From contig JYFJ02001665.1 of the NCBI GenBank assembly GCA_000934665.2, positions 1-64,000 on the forward strand: 64,000 nucleotides of DNA, written 5' to 3'. The notes beneath the pieces are model-generated. The model was not told where the DNA came from. It saw nothing but the letters and a program-made list of their open reading frames with translations, and did no database searches. Shown in pieces: positions 27,301-39,464 of the stretch (the stretch's first letter is position 1; each line of letters opens with the position of its first letter). The stretch is from Catajapyx aquilonaris. Lineage: Eukaryota. Position numbers and translations under genes: made by a program.

Positions 27301-30036
27301 GTCTTCTAAAACCTGAAGATAGGCCTGTGGTAGTCAAAGCAAAACTGGTTCCTAGCACACTTCAGGCAGTCCAGCACCTTGAGCTCTATTTCTACGATCC
27401 AGAAGAGACCGCCAACAGTATCATCACCAAAGTAAGTCACGTAATAATATATGCTCACATAAGATAACTTTCATTAATATTATTCTCCCCAGGCCCCTCT
27501 AAAGTCAGTGGCAGGACGCAACTATGTCTTTGCTGTAGATGGTCCTACTTTTGCGCTTATCAAAACATACGATCCAATCAACTACCAACGTATTGTTCAT
27601 CGCGGCCGTGTCTTTTCTCGAATGCTACCTGACCAGAAGATTCAGCTGGTGGAAAGCTTTAAGGCTTTGGGGTATGGAATATGCAGTAACACCATGAGTA
27701 AAATGTAGGCGAATAGAAACGAAAAGTACTGCGACAATTGGATAAAATCGCATGTTGTGGACAAGTAATCCGCTAGAAGATTTTAGGAAGTCACTCACTT
27801 GTCAGTTACTGGAAGCCTACATTTTTGTCATGTCGGTGCTGCGTTTTTGACATCCAAACGCAGGTTTTACAGCGAATCTGTTACAGGCATCAAGTCGGAA
27901 TGTGTGGAGATGGATGTAATGACTGCGGAGCCCTGAAGGCTGCCCATGCAGGCATCTCTCTGTCCATGGCAGAAGCTTCCGTGGCTGCACCTTTTACATC
28001 TCGACGACCCAATATCAGTTGTGTGACCACACTCTTGCGAGAAGGAAGAGCTACTCTGGTGTCTGCAATGGTTTCCTTCAAATACGGCGTGGCTTATTGT
28101 TTCGCGCAGTTCATGAGCGTTCTTATGACATTCTATGTAAGTCTTGCGTCGTCATCTTTCTGGAAGGAAGTTACATTTGGTTGGCCTTGCAGATAGCGAC
28201 TGAACCCGACGACAACCAGTACTTAACAATGGACTTTTTGCTAGCTGCATTGCCGCTTTTTGTGATGGGAAATGTGGGCGCCCACGAGCGCCTTAGCAGA
28301 CGACGTCCTCCTCGCCACATTCTTACATTCATTCCGCTCTTTTCTGTCATCTCCTACATCTTCTGGCAAACTCTCGTATACGTGGGAGTTTGGCACTACT
28401 GCCACGCTCAACCATGGTATGTCTATGCCTCTACTTATTAATGTCACCTCCACTCTTAACCGTGGTCATTTGCAGGTATGAGCCGTACAAATTTGTACCT
28501 GGACAGCTGCCGACTGCTAGCTATGAGCAGACAAGTATCTTTCTTGTCAACATCTACTCATACGTCATTGCCGCAGTGATCTTCTCAAAATCTAAGCCCT
28601 TCCGGAAGAGCATGTTCACCAACTGTAAGTATATGTAACGAGAGCAAAATGATGCCGAATTTATTTTCCTTGTGTAGGGTATATTGGCCTGATAAAAAAA
28701 GAAGCGAAATCGTGTAGGATATCGTTCTGCTTTGACTCATAATCAGGCATATCTTTCACCATGCATGCAATGTATGTGCCAAATAAGCCTGACATTCGTC
28801 AATGTGATTTTTTAATTCATTAGAAAGATCAGGAGAGTCACATTTTGCATCAGTATATGATAAGCCAAAGATATAGTAATCACGAATTTATTTCAATTAT
28901 TACGTACACCTGCCGTGTGGATATGTGCCTTCCAAAATTATTCACAAAATTGCAAATTAGTTGTTCATATAGTGCAACGGCAAATTAATCCTTAGTTTAA
29001 AATTCAAAATCAATCGGGTCACTTGGAAGTCGGAACACACCTCTTCAAAAATGTAATACACGAGGCCTGTCGTACATAAAAGTAACAGCGTTTGCCTTGC
29101 TCATCTAGCAGCCTGATATAATATTACTCTCATAACAACGAATTTTCTCTTTGCAGATTTCTTTATGTTGTGGTTGATTGTGGCAGTGATCTTTGTCAGT
29201 TGTGTCACACTCATTCGAGACGAATGGCTGATGGATCTTTTGCATCTTCGACCAGCACCCGACATGGGATATCACTTGGTTCTGTTTGGCATTGGCATAG
29301 GGAACTTTGCTTTCTCCTACTTCTGGGAAGTAAGTCACAGCCATTAGTCAAAATTGGTATTTTGAGAGCCACTGCGACTTCATCCCCTACTTTCAGTGCT
29401 GGGTAATAGACGAATTTTTGGCCAACTACCTCATGCCCAAATTGAGACGTCTACGAGGACCACGTCATCCATACGAAAAAATTGAACAAGAACTGATGGA
29501 GAAAGTAGGATGGCCGCCCTTGGGTCCAGACCCGGACCTACCATGCAGTAAGTTGCACAAGAGCCCCATCATCAATGTCGTAAAGGCATCGACTCAAAAT
29601 CATCAACAATATTCTTCCCACAGCAGATATGACGTCCAATTCAGACGACGAAAACCAGGCTGCCAATCAGATGCCGCCTCAAACATGCAGCTTGCTTATT
29701 GAGGAGGAGGAGAGCGAATATGCCACGCCATTTCCTGTAACAAAGCGCAAGAGTGTCAGGGAACAGTTGCGATTCTCTTTCGGTACTTTCCGAGGCAGTA
29801 TGCGGAAGAGGAAGACAGGGGTCCAGGAGAAGCCATCGACAGAAAGCATGCTTCTTCCACCTCCACCATCTCCTTACGACATAAGCAATGGAATTGAGAT
29901 GACTGATCTTCCTTCTCCTCCACCTCCAACCCCCTTAGAAGTCCCACATGCTCCAGAATTCAATGGGAGTACTCACATATATGCCGAACTGGAGCCAACA
30001 AACTCCACTAATCATCGCAATGGTTCCGTATGTTGA
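15332..30036 (+). CDS. P5B-type ATPase (ATP13A2/3-like, putative polyamine transporter), ~1243 aa, 21 exons: 15332-15388, 15693-15860, 15930-16063, 19840-19987, 20056-20190, 20370-20436, 23758-23912, 23994-24126, 24189-24346, 24416-24604, 24734-24943, 25100-25340, 26971-27195, 27259-27431, 27493-27671, 27887-28136, 28193-28416, 28476-28624, 29157-29329, 29397-29547, 29624-30036
   Basis: Motifs LVPGDI, LTGES, VVPPSLP (M4), CFDK|TGTLT phosphorylation site, KGAPE, MVTGDN, GDGCND and EASVAAPFTS. All exons are GT-AG and phase-compatible; the summed length of 3732 nt is divisible by 3. The start ATG has an in-frame upstream stop and gccaagATGg context. The exact paralog cannot be assigned. Confidence 0.93.
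17352..19037. mobile_element. Non-autonomous foldback-type DNA transposon with ~500-bp imperfect terminal inverted repeats, in ATPase intron 3
   Basis: Inverted matches 17372-17461/18923-19005, 17570-17631/18864-18927, 17749-17800/18675-18725 and 17817-17902/18571-18661. Ends ta|CACAATGCAA ... TTGCACAGTG|ta. Confidence 0.8.
19067..19764. mobile_element. hAT-like MITE remnant interrupted by the Kolobok-like MITE
   Basis: Ends caggggtcgaa ... ttcgacctctg with internal gcactcca repeats; no clean 8-bp TSD. Confidence 0.5.
19251..19747. mobile_element. Kolobok-like MITE (TTAA TSD, AGG...CCT termini)
   Basis: ttaa|agggacactccactcaaaatgcaagttgg ... ccaacttgcattttgagtggagtgtccct|ttaa; ~60-bp near-perfect TIR and a GC-rich core. 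Confidence 0.85.
25412..26461 (+). mobile_element. tRNA-derived SINE with (AAC)n tail, interrupted in its head by the solo LTR
   Basis: Removing the LTR gives ggggattcggtctgatagggtagtgcagtg...gccttccacctcggaggttccgcGTTCGTTCCtcggg...; ends aacaacaacaac at ~26448-26460. A short N gap lies just upstream. Confidence 0.55.
25427..26143. mobile_element. Solo LTR (717 bp) in ATPase intron 12
   Basis: TGTCACAG...CTGTGACA termini flanked by a perfect 5-bp TSD GTCTG (25422-25426, 26144-26148); internal ~95-bp direct repeats around 25720-25890. Confidence 0.78.
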
Positions 30037-31902
30037 TGCTCAACTCCCTGTAGATTCTCACATTTGGGTCTCTCAAGTTGAAAGACCAACATGCATTTTA
30101 TCCCACCTTGTCTTGCCTTACGATTGCAAGTCACCGACAACTGCCCGTTAATGCTGTGAAATAATAGAAAATGGCAGTTTCGAATGCAGGTCTCTGGCAA
30201 TGATTCGTTTCGTGTTCCTATTTACTCATGCTCAAATTATGCTCAAAGTATAAGGGCAAGTATATTTTGTGTGCCATATATACAGTATATGTAGTCCCCA
30301 ACTGAAATGAAAGAGATTGTTTGCATGGGACATTTTATGTATTAATGCTATGCCTGTGTGTGGCGACAATTTCTCCATACAAATACACCGTACAGTACAC
30401 AGGCACGCAGTACAACATTTGGCGTCACTACATGTGACACTTGCACAAACGCAAGTACACAGAGTTGTCGCTTGGATTATTTCGAATTAATAACGTGGAG
30501 GGCCAGAGTTGTTGGATTCCATAGAATTGTAATATTTTAAAAGTAAAATAAGTGCCATTTTGTAGTGCTTCCTTTTCAAAACACTGCACACATGCAGGAT
30601 GAAACCTATCAGATACTACTGCTAACCATTGCAAGCAATGAGGATGCGCAGAAACTTCTTTGATTTCATGAAAAAGGATCTTTGAGAAAACCTCGCAAGT
30701 CTTCATCAAGTTATGGGCATTTCGGCCTCTAATATTTCACCCCATATATAGACGTTGAATCATCTTAACGGGAAAATTAGATCAATAAGGCCATATAAAC
30801 CTCACTTAAATGTTGACATGAAAAGTATAGGCGTAATAAAAAGTATAGATGCTAAAGAAAATGAATGATGGGAGTAGAGCGGAGATGCAATTCAAACATT
30901 TAACTTCACATGTGTACAATCCTTTGTCTGCTTCTCAGATCCCAGTTGGGACCTCATCATAAAAGCGTGACATTCTCTGTGAGAGTACTTTTAATAATTT
31001 TTTATCAGGACTGTATACCGCTATTGGGCTGCGGTGTTATACAGTATATCGACAAAAGAATGCACGTAGTAAACTTTGGCCCCACACGATATTAACTTCA
31101 CAGTCCAATTAGCTGACAATATTAATTTAAGTTTATAACGTTGTTCCCCAGAGGTGTCTATGTGAAAGATAACTCACGCGTCTTGTACGTTGGCGAGGTG
31201 AACATTCTAAATATATTCATTTGTACAACAATTTATATATTATCGTCGTTACAATCACCTAATAAACATTCCCTGCACCATTTCATGTGGTTGTTTCATT
31301 CATCATTGTAAGTAAACAAACTTGTAAGTAAAGGCTCTCAAAAGTTCAAGCAAAGTCGAATGATTGTGGTCTACCTGGTATGCATCTTAGGAAATATACG
31401 AGTATCAGGAAGAAGAGCGTATAGTCGTGAAAATTTACAACGTGTCCTGATTCCTGAAACTCTTGAAACATATTAATAAGAGTAGGCCTATTCTATCACA
31501 ATTATTCTGATGCGAAGGCATACAGTAATTTGATATCAAGTTCAGACACCAAAATTACCACAGTTCACATCATGAAAGAAACCGAGCACTGCCATTTTTT
31601 GTGTGTAAAATCTCAGGACTTTTCTTAAGTATTCTGTTGCATACTGCACCACTGAAGATAATACAACCCGCACGAGCAATGATTCACAATACCTTCACCT
31701 TTATACACAGCTTCACTCCGTTGATTTTTCTGTTCATCGTCGCATCATAACTGTACTTACATAATATTATGTTCAACTGTCCCTTTGGGCCAAAAAATCT
31801 TAGTCATAGCTTCACAGTGAAACTTCTTGAACGCTTGAGACGTTTGACATGCCCACCTACAACCCCAGTATACAATACGCAATACCATAGTAGGAGACAG
31901 CC

Positions 31903-34900
31903 TCATGTCTTGGGAGTTCCCTGAAAGGAAGCAAGGAGAGCTTTGGTAACATGTGTCACATAACTTTCTTCTCTAATTATTCATACTAGTTGTTTCGTAG
32001 GGAAAATAACAACTCAGCAGGTCATAGGTCGTCTTACCTCTACATTCGATTGGTGGAGCAAGCGAAAGAGTTTCTCACGTTGGACGTGCCCTTTACATGG
32101 AGCTCCGTGTCCGGGACGACCCCAAAAAGTTTCCCATGTCTCATAATGAAGCCTGGTTGACTCTTCGTCCAATTTGCGTGATTTCTGATGGAAAATGGAT
32201 TGAGAAAACAATGGAAACACATGGCCTACAAAGCTGACAGGACTTACGAAGTGGCTGGCACTTGAATTAATCAAAAAGCACGGATAATATGCGTTATTGG
32301 CAAAACGTTGAGGTCTTCATATTCTAAATCCCAGGACTGTCCAGGATACAAAATAAAGATACTGTAGACTCTTAAAAATACAATAAATAAATGTAGATTT
32401 ATCTTTCGCCGAATGTATCATCAATAGGTTTCTATGATATAGCACGTATCAACTATACAATCCACAGCCTAGCTAGCACACAGCAACAATGTCTATTATA
32501 GTGCTATAAGTAACGAGAAGGCCACAGAAGTTTTCATATCTATTGTAAACTCTCGTGACTGGAAATGATAGGCCGAGAGGAAGGTTGCGCGGCAACTTTG
32601 TGGTTCAAAGTAGCTCCTCTGATAACGAGCCCCATTCCCTTCAAACGGGATTCAGGGCTTCAATTTCGCGGCTTGCATAATCAATCACTTCCAGACTGCC
32701 AGTTCTATTAAGGTTTCCCATCATTTCTCTCCCCAGACAAAGTGAGGGACACGAGACCAAAATGTCTTGCGCTACTCCGCATATATAGCCAGCCCAAGCA
32801 AATAAGGGGTCATTAGTTCATGGGAGGGCTAATTATGCAATCACCTGGCGCTCTTGCTGCCGTGTTTCAAGCTGGCGCCCCAGTATCTGTCGATAAACAA
32901 CCCTCTCTTCGGGTAGCAACCTGCGCAGATGAATTATGTTAGTAGGCTATAATGTGGGTTGGAACAGACCTCATGATTAGGGCTTATTGGAAAACTGCAA
33001 GAGGGTACTTGGCCATGGGCAAATATTTTCCCAGCATGTTTAGATGCACTAATCATGAAGCACCTGTTCACTGATTTGTTATTAGTGCAATGATGCAGGA
33101 CTAACTTGGGACGTTGTTGCACAAACTTGGTGATGTCGCTATGTGGAAGTGAATTGGGCAAGAGTTGTCCAGTCTTGCTGTCTCGTCGAGGCTTGCCAAC
33201 CCGTTTGGACTGCAAGAGGGGCACCAACTCCACACCGCCATTCTGCAAAAGAATCAGAGTTTAACGTATCAACGTAGAACTCCTTGATATAATCGCTGAA
33301 TAGTTACCGCGACGGATGGTCTTGAATGTGATGTAATGTCCGGCCAACGAGTACCTGTTGACTCCGTGGAATAATTAGTTTGGCGAGGATCCAGGCTCCA
33401 TCCCTAGAGAAATAACGACTCTTCTAACTATAAAGACGTAATGAGTGTGGAAGCACATTTCTTGACAGGGTTATTAGTGCTACAAGTTGCATTCATTGAC
33501 TGTGACGTTACTGAGAAGGCTCTAGTGACTCCCCTTCACTATATGCTTACGACACCGGTACAATAAGCAACAAACACGGACATAAACAGCTTGGTGAGGC
33601 ATGTCATTTGTTTGTAAAACGTGTATTCACTCTGTGCTACGTCAGAAAACAACAAAGCAAGCCAAGCTTTAGTGTAGCAGTGTGGCAGTGTCGTTGTGTC
33701 ACTGTTGCTGAGCTTACCAAAAGTTGGTACAAAGTACGCTCCTGCAGCTTTTTCACGCGCCAAGGCTTTCCTCCTGGGCCTGGTTGGCCCCATTTTAGGC
33801 CTTCGTCCTGTTTGTAATCATTACATAAACCGAAAGTCATATCTGTACTGTGTAAGTGTACACATGTCCTTCACTCTGCAGGTACGCTACGTATTGTATG
33901 CCCCCATTCTTAATAATTTGACAATTAACAAAGCACTGCTTACCTCTTGGGCATCCTGCCTTTTCTCATCTTCAATCAGCTTCTTCCGGGAGTTGATGAT
34001 CATGTCTGGAGTGAATATTTTACCGATTATACTGAAGAAGTTCTTCCTTAATTATGACGTACCGAGTTCTTTCCTGTAGGCCTCTTTCTCTTGAGGTGAC
34101 ATTTGGTATCGCAGAGTTGTATCCACGGCCTTCCCGGTTGTAGCAGCAAGGGCCTGAAAGCGAAGTGCTGGGTCGCAACCTAGTTGAGTTTTGATTCTTC
34201 CAGACCTGGTTCTCAGAGGAGCTCCGTATCCGGGACGTCCCATGGCCAAAACATTCTGCTAACAAATGATCAAAGCAAATAATGGGTCTTCCTTGAAAAT
34301 AATTAAAAACGGGCACCGCTTTTTCATCCGCGTTTCTTTGCTGATGTGGCGTCTGTTGCCATTCCAGAAACTTCTTCTTGCGCACATCGTCCACTGGTGC
34401 CCCAGCTCCTGGGCGGCCCCAGGGCTTGTATGCTTCCATCAACTGCCTGTCCTGCAAGAAACTCGACTACATTTCCGACACCGGTGGCACTTTCGAGCAG
34501 AGGCGATTTTTACTTGAACTCACATCCAAAAACACAACGGAAAACACCACTACTACAGTGCCTATTATTACTTGCAAATGAATTGGCGTTGTTTGTCTAT
34601 TTCGGGCGAGAAAACTATTTAAAATATTTAAAAGCTGCTATTCTTGGAACAGTAAGTCTATTCGTGTCACTCTGATGCGTAAAGGAAAAGCACTATCTTG
34701 TCTATCGCTTAACCTGCCCGTAGCATGTGCGTCATAATTATTGCAGAATGTTGACAAGTCAACGTACCCGTGCGTGCTCATATTGGGAACGCCTCTGTTA
34801 CTAATTAAAAGCTTCTAATACTGTGAAACCTGTCTACACCGGAATCGCTCATTTCCTAGAAATATTTCCTTACTGAGCAAATTCCATTAAATGCCATAAC

Positions 34901-35326
34901 AAAATGTGAACTTTTCCGTTGTATGCAGACGGATTTTGCAAAATAATCTCTGGTAGTATCAAGGAGGCCATCAAGCCACGGGATTTTCCTCTTGAGCTCC
35001 TTCTCCACGAGTTATTTTTATCCCTTTGCAACAGCACTCCGATAAGAAATATTAGCATTTGAGCCGAACAAGCACTTGTTGCTATTGACATTCGGTGGCC
35101 CCAGTGTCGAATCAATAGTTCCACTGATTTGTTTATGCGATACGCCAGCAGGTAAAAATATCAAAAAAGCGGATATACGTACCTGTGCCTGTTCCTGCAT
35201 CTTCATTGTCCACTGATCTCTTCGTCGCTGGTCACACAGTGCAATTTCATCTAAGACCAACTGTCTCTGCCTCTCTTTTATCCTCCGATCAGCGGAGGTA
35301 AGGCGTCGTTCCAACGTCTTCATCAT
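31903..35326 (-). CDS. Uncharacterised ~366-aa protein with repeated WGRPGxGAP-type motifs and charged helical segments (CSPP1-like motif); exons 35183-35326, 34317-34451, 34063-34258, 33944-34005, 33718-33807, 33308-33403, 33106-33242, 32845-32920, 32038-32184, 31903-31920
   Basis: Phase-compatible GT-AG exon chain of 1101 nt giving YKPWGRPGAGAP, MGRPGYGAPLRTRSG, WGQPGPGGKPW and FWGRPGHGAP. The start codon and the 33807 acceptor are less certain. Confidence 0.75.
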
Positions 35327-36349
35327 TCTGCTTCTGACTCGTCGACCGCATGGTTCGGCGCAACCACCTACTAGTGGCCGCCACTGCTGACGACTTAGGA
35401 GGATCCATTACCAACAGCAGGGGTCTCCTGATGGGGCCATCTACTGACGACAGACAACTAAGCCGATCAATGAACACTCACTCTATCGTCACCATAAGCT
35501 ATAAAAATAGTACAGCACACTCATACAATGTGCTGCAGTGTCTTCGGCTATGTTGCGGATGACGCCGAGTGGGCCTTCCCAAAGTCGTTGACAAAGTCTG
35601 CGCCTGCGTTTCTAAACAAAGAGGCTCAAATTTGGGGAGATTCTAAGAATCGTTTCCGTTTTGTGGGGCCGTGTCTCAATTCTCGCTTATCGGCACGCCA
35701 GGTACAGTCCACTGGTTGGCAAGAGAGATCAATTCTAAGTCATAAAGGCGGTCACTGGGCAATGAACTTCTTGGGCTACTCTACATCCTTTAGGAAGGCA
35801 AAGTGCCTCCGTGCATCAAATGTAATTTGGAGGAATTTCCAACCCCATGTAGATGATTAGGGCGGAACACGCCATGTCAACACCTATCACGAGATAACTA
35901 GGGAGCCCAATAAGAAATTGAAGAATATGGTTTATGGTGTAAAAGTGAAAACAAACAGTGCACTCACCCGGATCTCCCTTGAGTAACACAAAGCAAAAGC
36001 ATGCGTGATGGACGAGGATAGTGAACTCAGGAGCTCATATTTTTTTCACCTTATTGATTTCAGTTGGAGATATCGCTGCACCTGCTGCTGCTTTACTTCT
36101 CTACGTCCACTTTTACACTTTTGCCTCCTCTCTTCGACCCTCCCTTTCCGCTTTTAGGGTTGCTTTATTGCCTTGTGGATCAATCCGGAACAAATGCCTT
36201 CAAGAGTTGGGTCAAAGTTGGTTTTAGCTCTATCGACTTCTTCAAAATTCAGAATAGCTACATTACGATGCCTAGGACATAATTATTCGACCTACAATCC
36301 TGCAGGAAAATATTAAATATGATGAATTCTTTCGAAGCAGCATGCATAA

Positions 36350-36476
36350 CCTCCTGAGACCTGATGTCCAATATATTGGACATCAGCAAAAAAAAAGGTG
36401 TCAACTGAAATTGACGCCATTTTTTTTTTTTTTTTTTTGCTGATGTCCAATATATTGGACATCAGATCTCAGGAGG
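36350..36476. mobile_element. piggyBac-like MITE (127 bp) with ATAA TSD
   Basis: ataa|cctcctgagacctgatgtccaatatattggacatcag ... ctgatgtccaatatattggacatcagatctcaggagg|ataa. Confidence 0.8.
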
Positions 36477-39328
36477 ATAAGGTAAATCACATTTTCGGCA
36501 TGGAAAACGAAGGAAATCCTGACTATTAGGTACCATTTTTTGGTGAATAGAAATGTCCCTGTGCTACTATACAAATAACTTGTAAGTGTGAGTGCCGGTC
36601 GCCCTTTTTTCTCAGACATTTACCAATGAAAAATCCATGTTTGATACTTTGGTGGGCAATTACAATAATCTTTCAGTTTGGAATAATAAACTTACGGCCC
36701 CCCAAAGGGGCATACGGCCCCACAAACGGCGGAGTGTATTTATTTAAAACATACGATTGCGAAAATTTTCCACTATGATCGATCTAAATTTTTGCCTCGA
36801 TTCAAAGGAAAATAAAATAATCCGGTAGATCGGTTTTTGAGACTTTGCTAGTGAAAGAACTGCAGAGTTATACAAAAGATATCAGTAAGTGGATAAAAGC
36901 ATGTTTAGAAAAAGTAAAAAAAAGGGCTACCGTTTTTCGAAACTACAGTCTACAATACCTTGATCAGTACAACAAGTATAACGGAATTTTTACAGTGAAA
37001 TTGCGCAAGCCCTTCATACGCTGTAGGCCTACTGTAGGATACTGTATACTGTAGGTCTACATGTAACCATACAGTTACGCCCAATTTGCATTGATGGTAT
37101 TCTGAAAGGTTAACGAGTGAAGTTTATATATAACTTACAGTAATCTTGTCTAACGCAAGATTACAAAAATCAATAACACATATTATCATGGCCTATGATA
37201 CATGATACAGGACTACGCTCTCATTACCAATTAGGGCCCACCATGGTATTAATTTTCTTCATGAAACAGGGTGTAGGGAAGGCAGTGTGTGCAAGGTCTT
37301 TCGAAGCCTTTGCACGTCTCCTTTCGGACTTGGTTTCATAATTATATTCCAACACAAAATCACCGTACTTGACTTTGGCGATTTCAGCTTTATTGCGCAG
37401 ATAATGTTTGTTTTTACAGTACTATCATCATATTGGAACCTTGAAACTATTGAGCCACACTAAAATAAGGGTCATCCTGTTGGTTAATCCTCTATTCATC
37501 CGTGCTACATGGGTCGCCTGATGCGCAGGATGTCCCAGGTATTATCTACATAATTATGCATGACGAACAAAACTTAAAGGTGCGATTATCTTCGCAATGA
37601 AGCTGAGAAAGCCGGTCTATAAATCAACCATAATATTGTAGTATTTCAAGAAACTCAGGTCGAAAATGAGAGCACCTTTAGGACAACACTGAACTCCACA
37701 ACTCCCTTTTTGGAAAGAAGGGTAGCTGGGTGGGTGGATATGGGGTGCGACTATGTTCCTGAAGTTTTTGGCCTACTTATTGTCCTTTTTTTTGCATCTG
37801 TAATAAAAGCAAGTGGGTCAGCCAAATCAGTCCATGCCATCCCTCACTGGTTGAACAAGAGCCTTCAAGATCCTCATTTCCAAAGGAACAGCGTTGCAAA
37901 TGAGCCCCTCTTTTGCCTTTGATCCTTCCCCCGAACTGGTGTCAGCTGGCGTCTACTGTACCCTCACCTACCTTTACACTTCGGTTCCATGAATTCGCTC
38001 ATGATGTCATTATTATGAGCACGTGCTTCCGAGCCCATCCATTCAAAGACATTGTTACGATTCAGATTACCGCCCCCGCTTACCTATTCTCTATCAACGG
38101 ATCATAGGTATATGGCAACCTCAAATCTGATTTCCAAGCTCTTTGGAGGTCATGTGACCTGGGTCATTTTGTACGCCATTGCCCATGGGCCAACCAAGAC
38201 AATTTTCTCTCAGGTCTGCTCAAAGCGCCCCTAAAGGTAAGAAACAACCAATAACCACCCCACAATTCCTTGCAAGGGTCAAGGTTTTGGGTATACAAAG
38301 GTAACCTTGCCGATGATGGACTCAAATCGGAATGGTCTGAAACCACGAAACTGTCGTGAACAATCCAAAACCAATGTCGAGAACCTAATGACATGGCAAC
38401 CCATCGAAGTTTGACAATCATGCAGGACTATCAGCAGTTTCCTAAAGTGTCTCATGTTTGCATTTTGGTAAAAAAGGAGTACCTGTCCGTGTCATACATT
38501 CGGAATCGTGTTTTTTTATCACTCTGGGCTGATTCCAGACGAAAGGACATTGCTTGATCTGTCTTGTTGGCAGACTTTTCAATAGTTGTGCTTCCTGGGT
38601 CATCACAAGGCTTGGTGTAATATATGGGCCTGAAATCAAGTACAGCGGAGAATTACACTTGGCCTTGCCTAGAATTATAAAATCCGGCATCTTTTTCTGG
38701 CATGTATCGATTATGAACTGCCAGCCAAGCACTAGCTTCATTCATCATCATCAATGAATTGCACATCCGGGCCCGCCAAGTGAGGCTTTTTTAGTACACA
38801 GGAAATGCAACAGAGAAACCCCTTCCATCATTTTAATTGCAGTTCATACAAGCCCTATGCTGCACATGACTGGAAACAAGGTCTCGATGGGAAGAAGGGG
38901 TGCACATTATGCGGGGCAGAAAAATGCAAAGGATGCTACCACAACAAAATAGCTGTTGCATGACCTCTTTTTCCTTAGAGCCACCACGATTTTTAGTGGA
39001 AGTTGTTCCTATAATAGCGTCAGATGAAAAGTGAAACTCAGTTTGGTCCTGTCTACTCCGGTATTGAGAATATTTGCCATTTTGCCATTTTTTTTTACTT
39101 CAAAATCATGACAGGAGGCGCTAGAAACGTTACCTAATTTTTGTTTCAGATTTTAAGGCAATGGTAAATAATTACATGTCAAACCTCTGAGATTAAAGTA
39201 GACATTGCTGATTAAAGATTTCAATGTGCTGTACAGGAATATGACAATGAAAACCCAAAATTGGCTACAATTATTATGAGAAATCCACAATAGTTTTTTT
39301 TTACATACGTAATATAGAGTAATACGTA

Positions 39329-39464
39329 TATGGGGCTCAAATTCTTTTGGCCACTTTATCCTGGTCTTGAAGCAACCCTTCGCACAGGCCCCACGTTGAG
39401 CAGGTGTATGTGAAGGGTTGCTTCAAGACCAGGATAAAGTGGCCATAACAATTCGAGCCCCATA
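39329..39464. repeat. Long inverted repeat (hairpin/MITE-like)
   Basis: Perfect 34-bp stem 39348-39381/39412-39445, extended imperfectly to tatggggctc/gagccccata; 30-nt loop. Confidence 0.85.

Noticed and set aside
37228..37462. ~78-codon open frame on the - strand after an acceptor-like ttttag
   Set aside because: No recognisable homology and no compatible neighbouring exon found.
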